From Aulosira sp. ZfuVER01 (GTDB taxonomy: Bacteria; Cyanobacteriota; Cyanobacteriia; Cyanobacteriales; Nostocaceae): DNA of 64,000 nucleotides. This document shows, piece by piece, positions 63,450-64,000 of this stretch (position 1 is the first letter of the stretch; every line of letters starts with the position of its first letter). The stretch is from the NCBI GenBank assembly GCA_034530615.2, contig JAVRCV020000019.1, positions 71,416 to 135,415 on the forward strand. The letters run 5' to 3'. The notes beneath the pieces are model-generated. The model was not told where the DNA came from. It saw nothing but the letters and a program-made list of their open reading frames with translations, and did not search any database. Position numbers and translations under genes: made by a program.

Positions 63450-63949
63450 AAATTCTTCTAGATACTCATATTTTCTTATGGTTTATCAGTGGTGATAATC
63501 AGCTATCAACAGAGGTTTGAGAGGGTGCATCCCAGTTTTTATTTTGCGGCTAGAGAATAAAAACTTAATCTCCGCAGAATGGATGGTTTGACAATTAGTA
63601 CTTTAGCACCACTCAAAAAAGTGGGATGCTCCCGGTTTGAGATGCCATTTGCGATCTAGATAACACAGTTTATCTTAGTGTTGTCTCAATATGGGAGTGT
63701 ATTGTCAAATAACAATTGGGAAAGCTACCATTACCAGAGTCTCCAGAAATATATCTTCCTAAACAACGAGATCGCCATCAAATTGCAAATCTCGATCTAG
63801 ATGAAGGTAGTGTTGCTCAACTGGCTAGACTACCAGCATTGCATAAAGACCCGTTTGATAGAATGCTTATTTGTCAAGCTTTGCATCACGGTTTAAAAAT
63901 TGCAACTGTAGATCCAGAAATCCTCAAATATTCAATTGATGTTATTTAA
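63446..63949 (+). pseudogene. VapC/PIN toxin pseudogene
   Basis: MKILLDTHIFLW start and HKDPFDRMLICQA end; in-frame TGA and TAA plus a MITE insertion. Confidence 0.9.
63523..63633. mobile_element. 111-bp MITE with 9-bp target-site duplication
   Basis: TIRs GGGTGCATCCCA / TGGGATGCTCCC; GGTTTGAGA at 63514-63522 and 63634-63642. Confidence 0.92.
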
Positions 63950-64000
63950 TCCCTCTTTTGTTACTACGGGAGGAGTATAATCAGGAAGGAAATCGGAAAC

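Overview
Chromosomal window from a filamentous cyanobacterium, very probably Nostocales (inferred from abundant HIP1 GCGATCGC octamers, heptamer STRR tracts such as (GGGCATT)n, and photosynthetic genes). The backbone is housekeeping and pigment metabolism: chlG, an ArsA/Get3-like ATPase, petP, pyk, crtR, chlI, rplU-rpmA, cruF-cruG, rnhA, purU and alaS. Accessory blocks are a Wzm/Wzt-GT4-gmd polysaccharide cluster with AT-rich glycosyltransferases, two divergent cell-wall-enzyme-like genes, a Gld-like ABC operon, a 1804-aa multi-PAS kinase with a hybrid partner, and a TPR-CHAT protease locus. Two pseudogenes are visible (an internally deleted ABC ATPase; a VapC with two nonsense codons plus a MITE). 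Best candidates for undescribed biology: (1) a TPR-CHAT + small helical protein + two-TM (CorA-like topology) cassette with a relic alternative C-terminus; (2) a MITE inserted twice into the centre of the same palindrome with different nested cargo; (3) related in-frame 24-nt micro-insertions in alaS and the ABC pseudogene; (4) a strand-biased structured leader before a Pol-beta-type nucleotidyltransferase. No rRNA, tRNA or CRISPR array was recognised. Functional calls come from motif recognition only; no searches were run.
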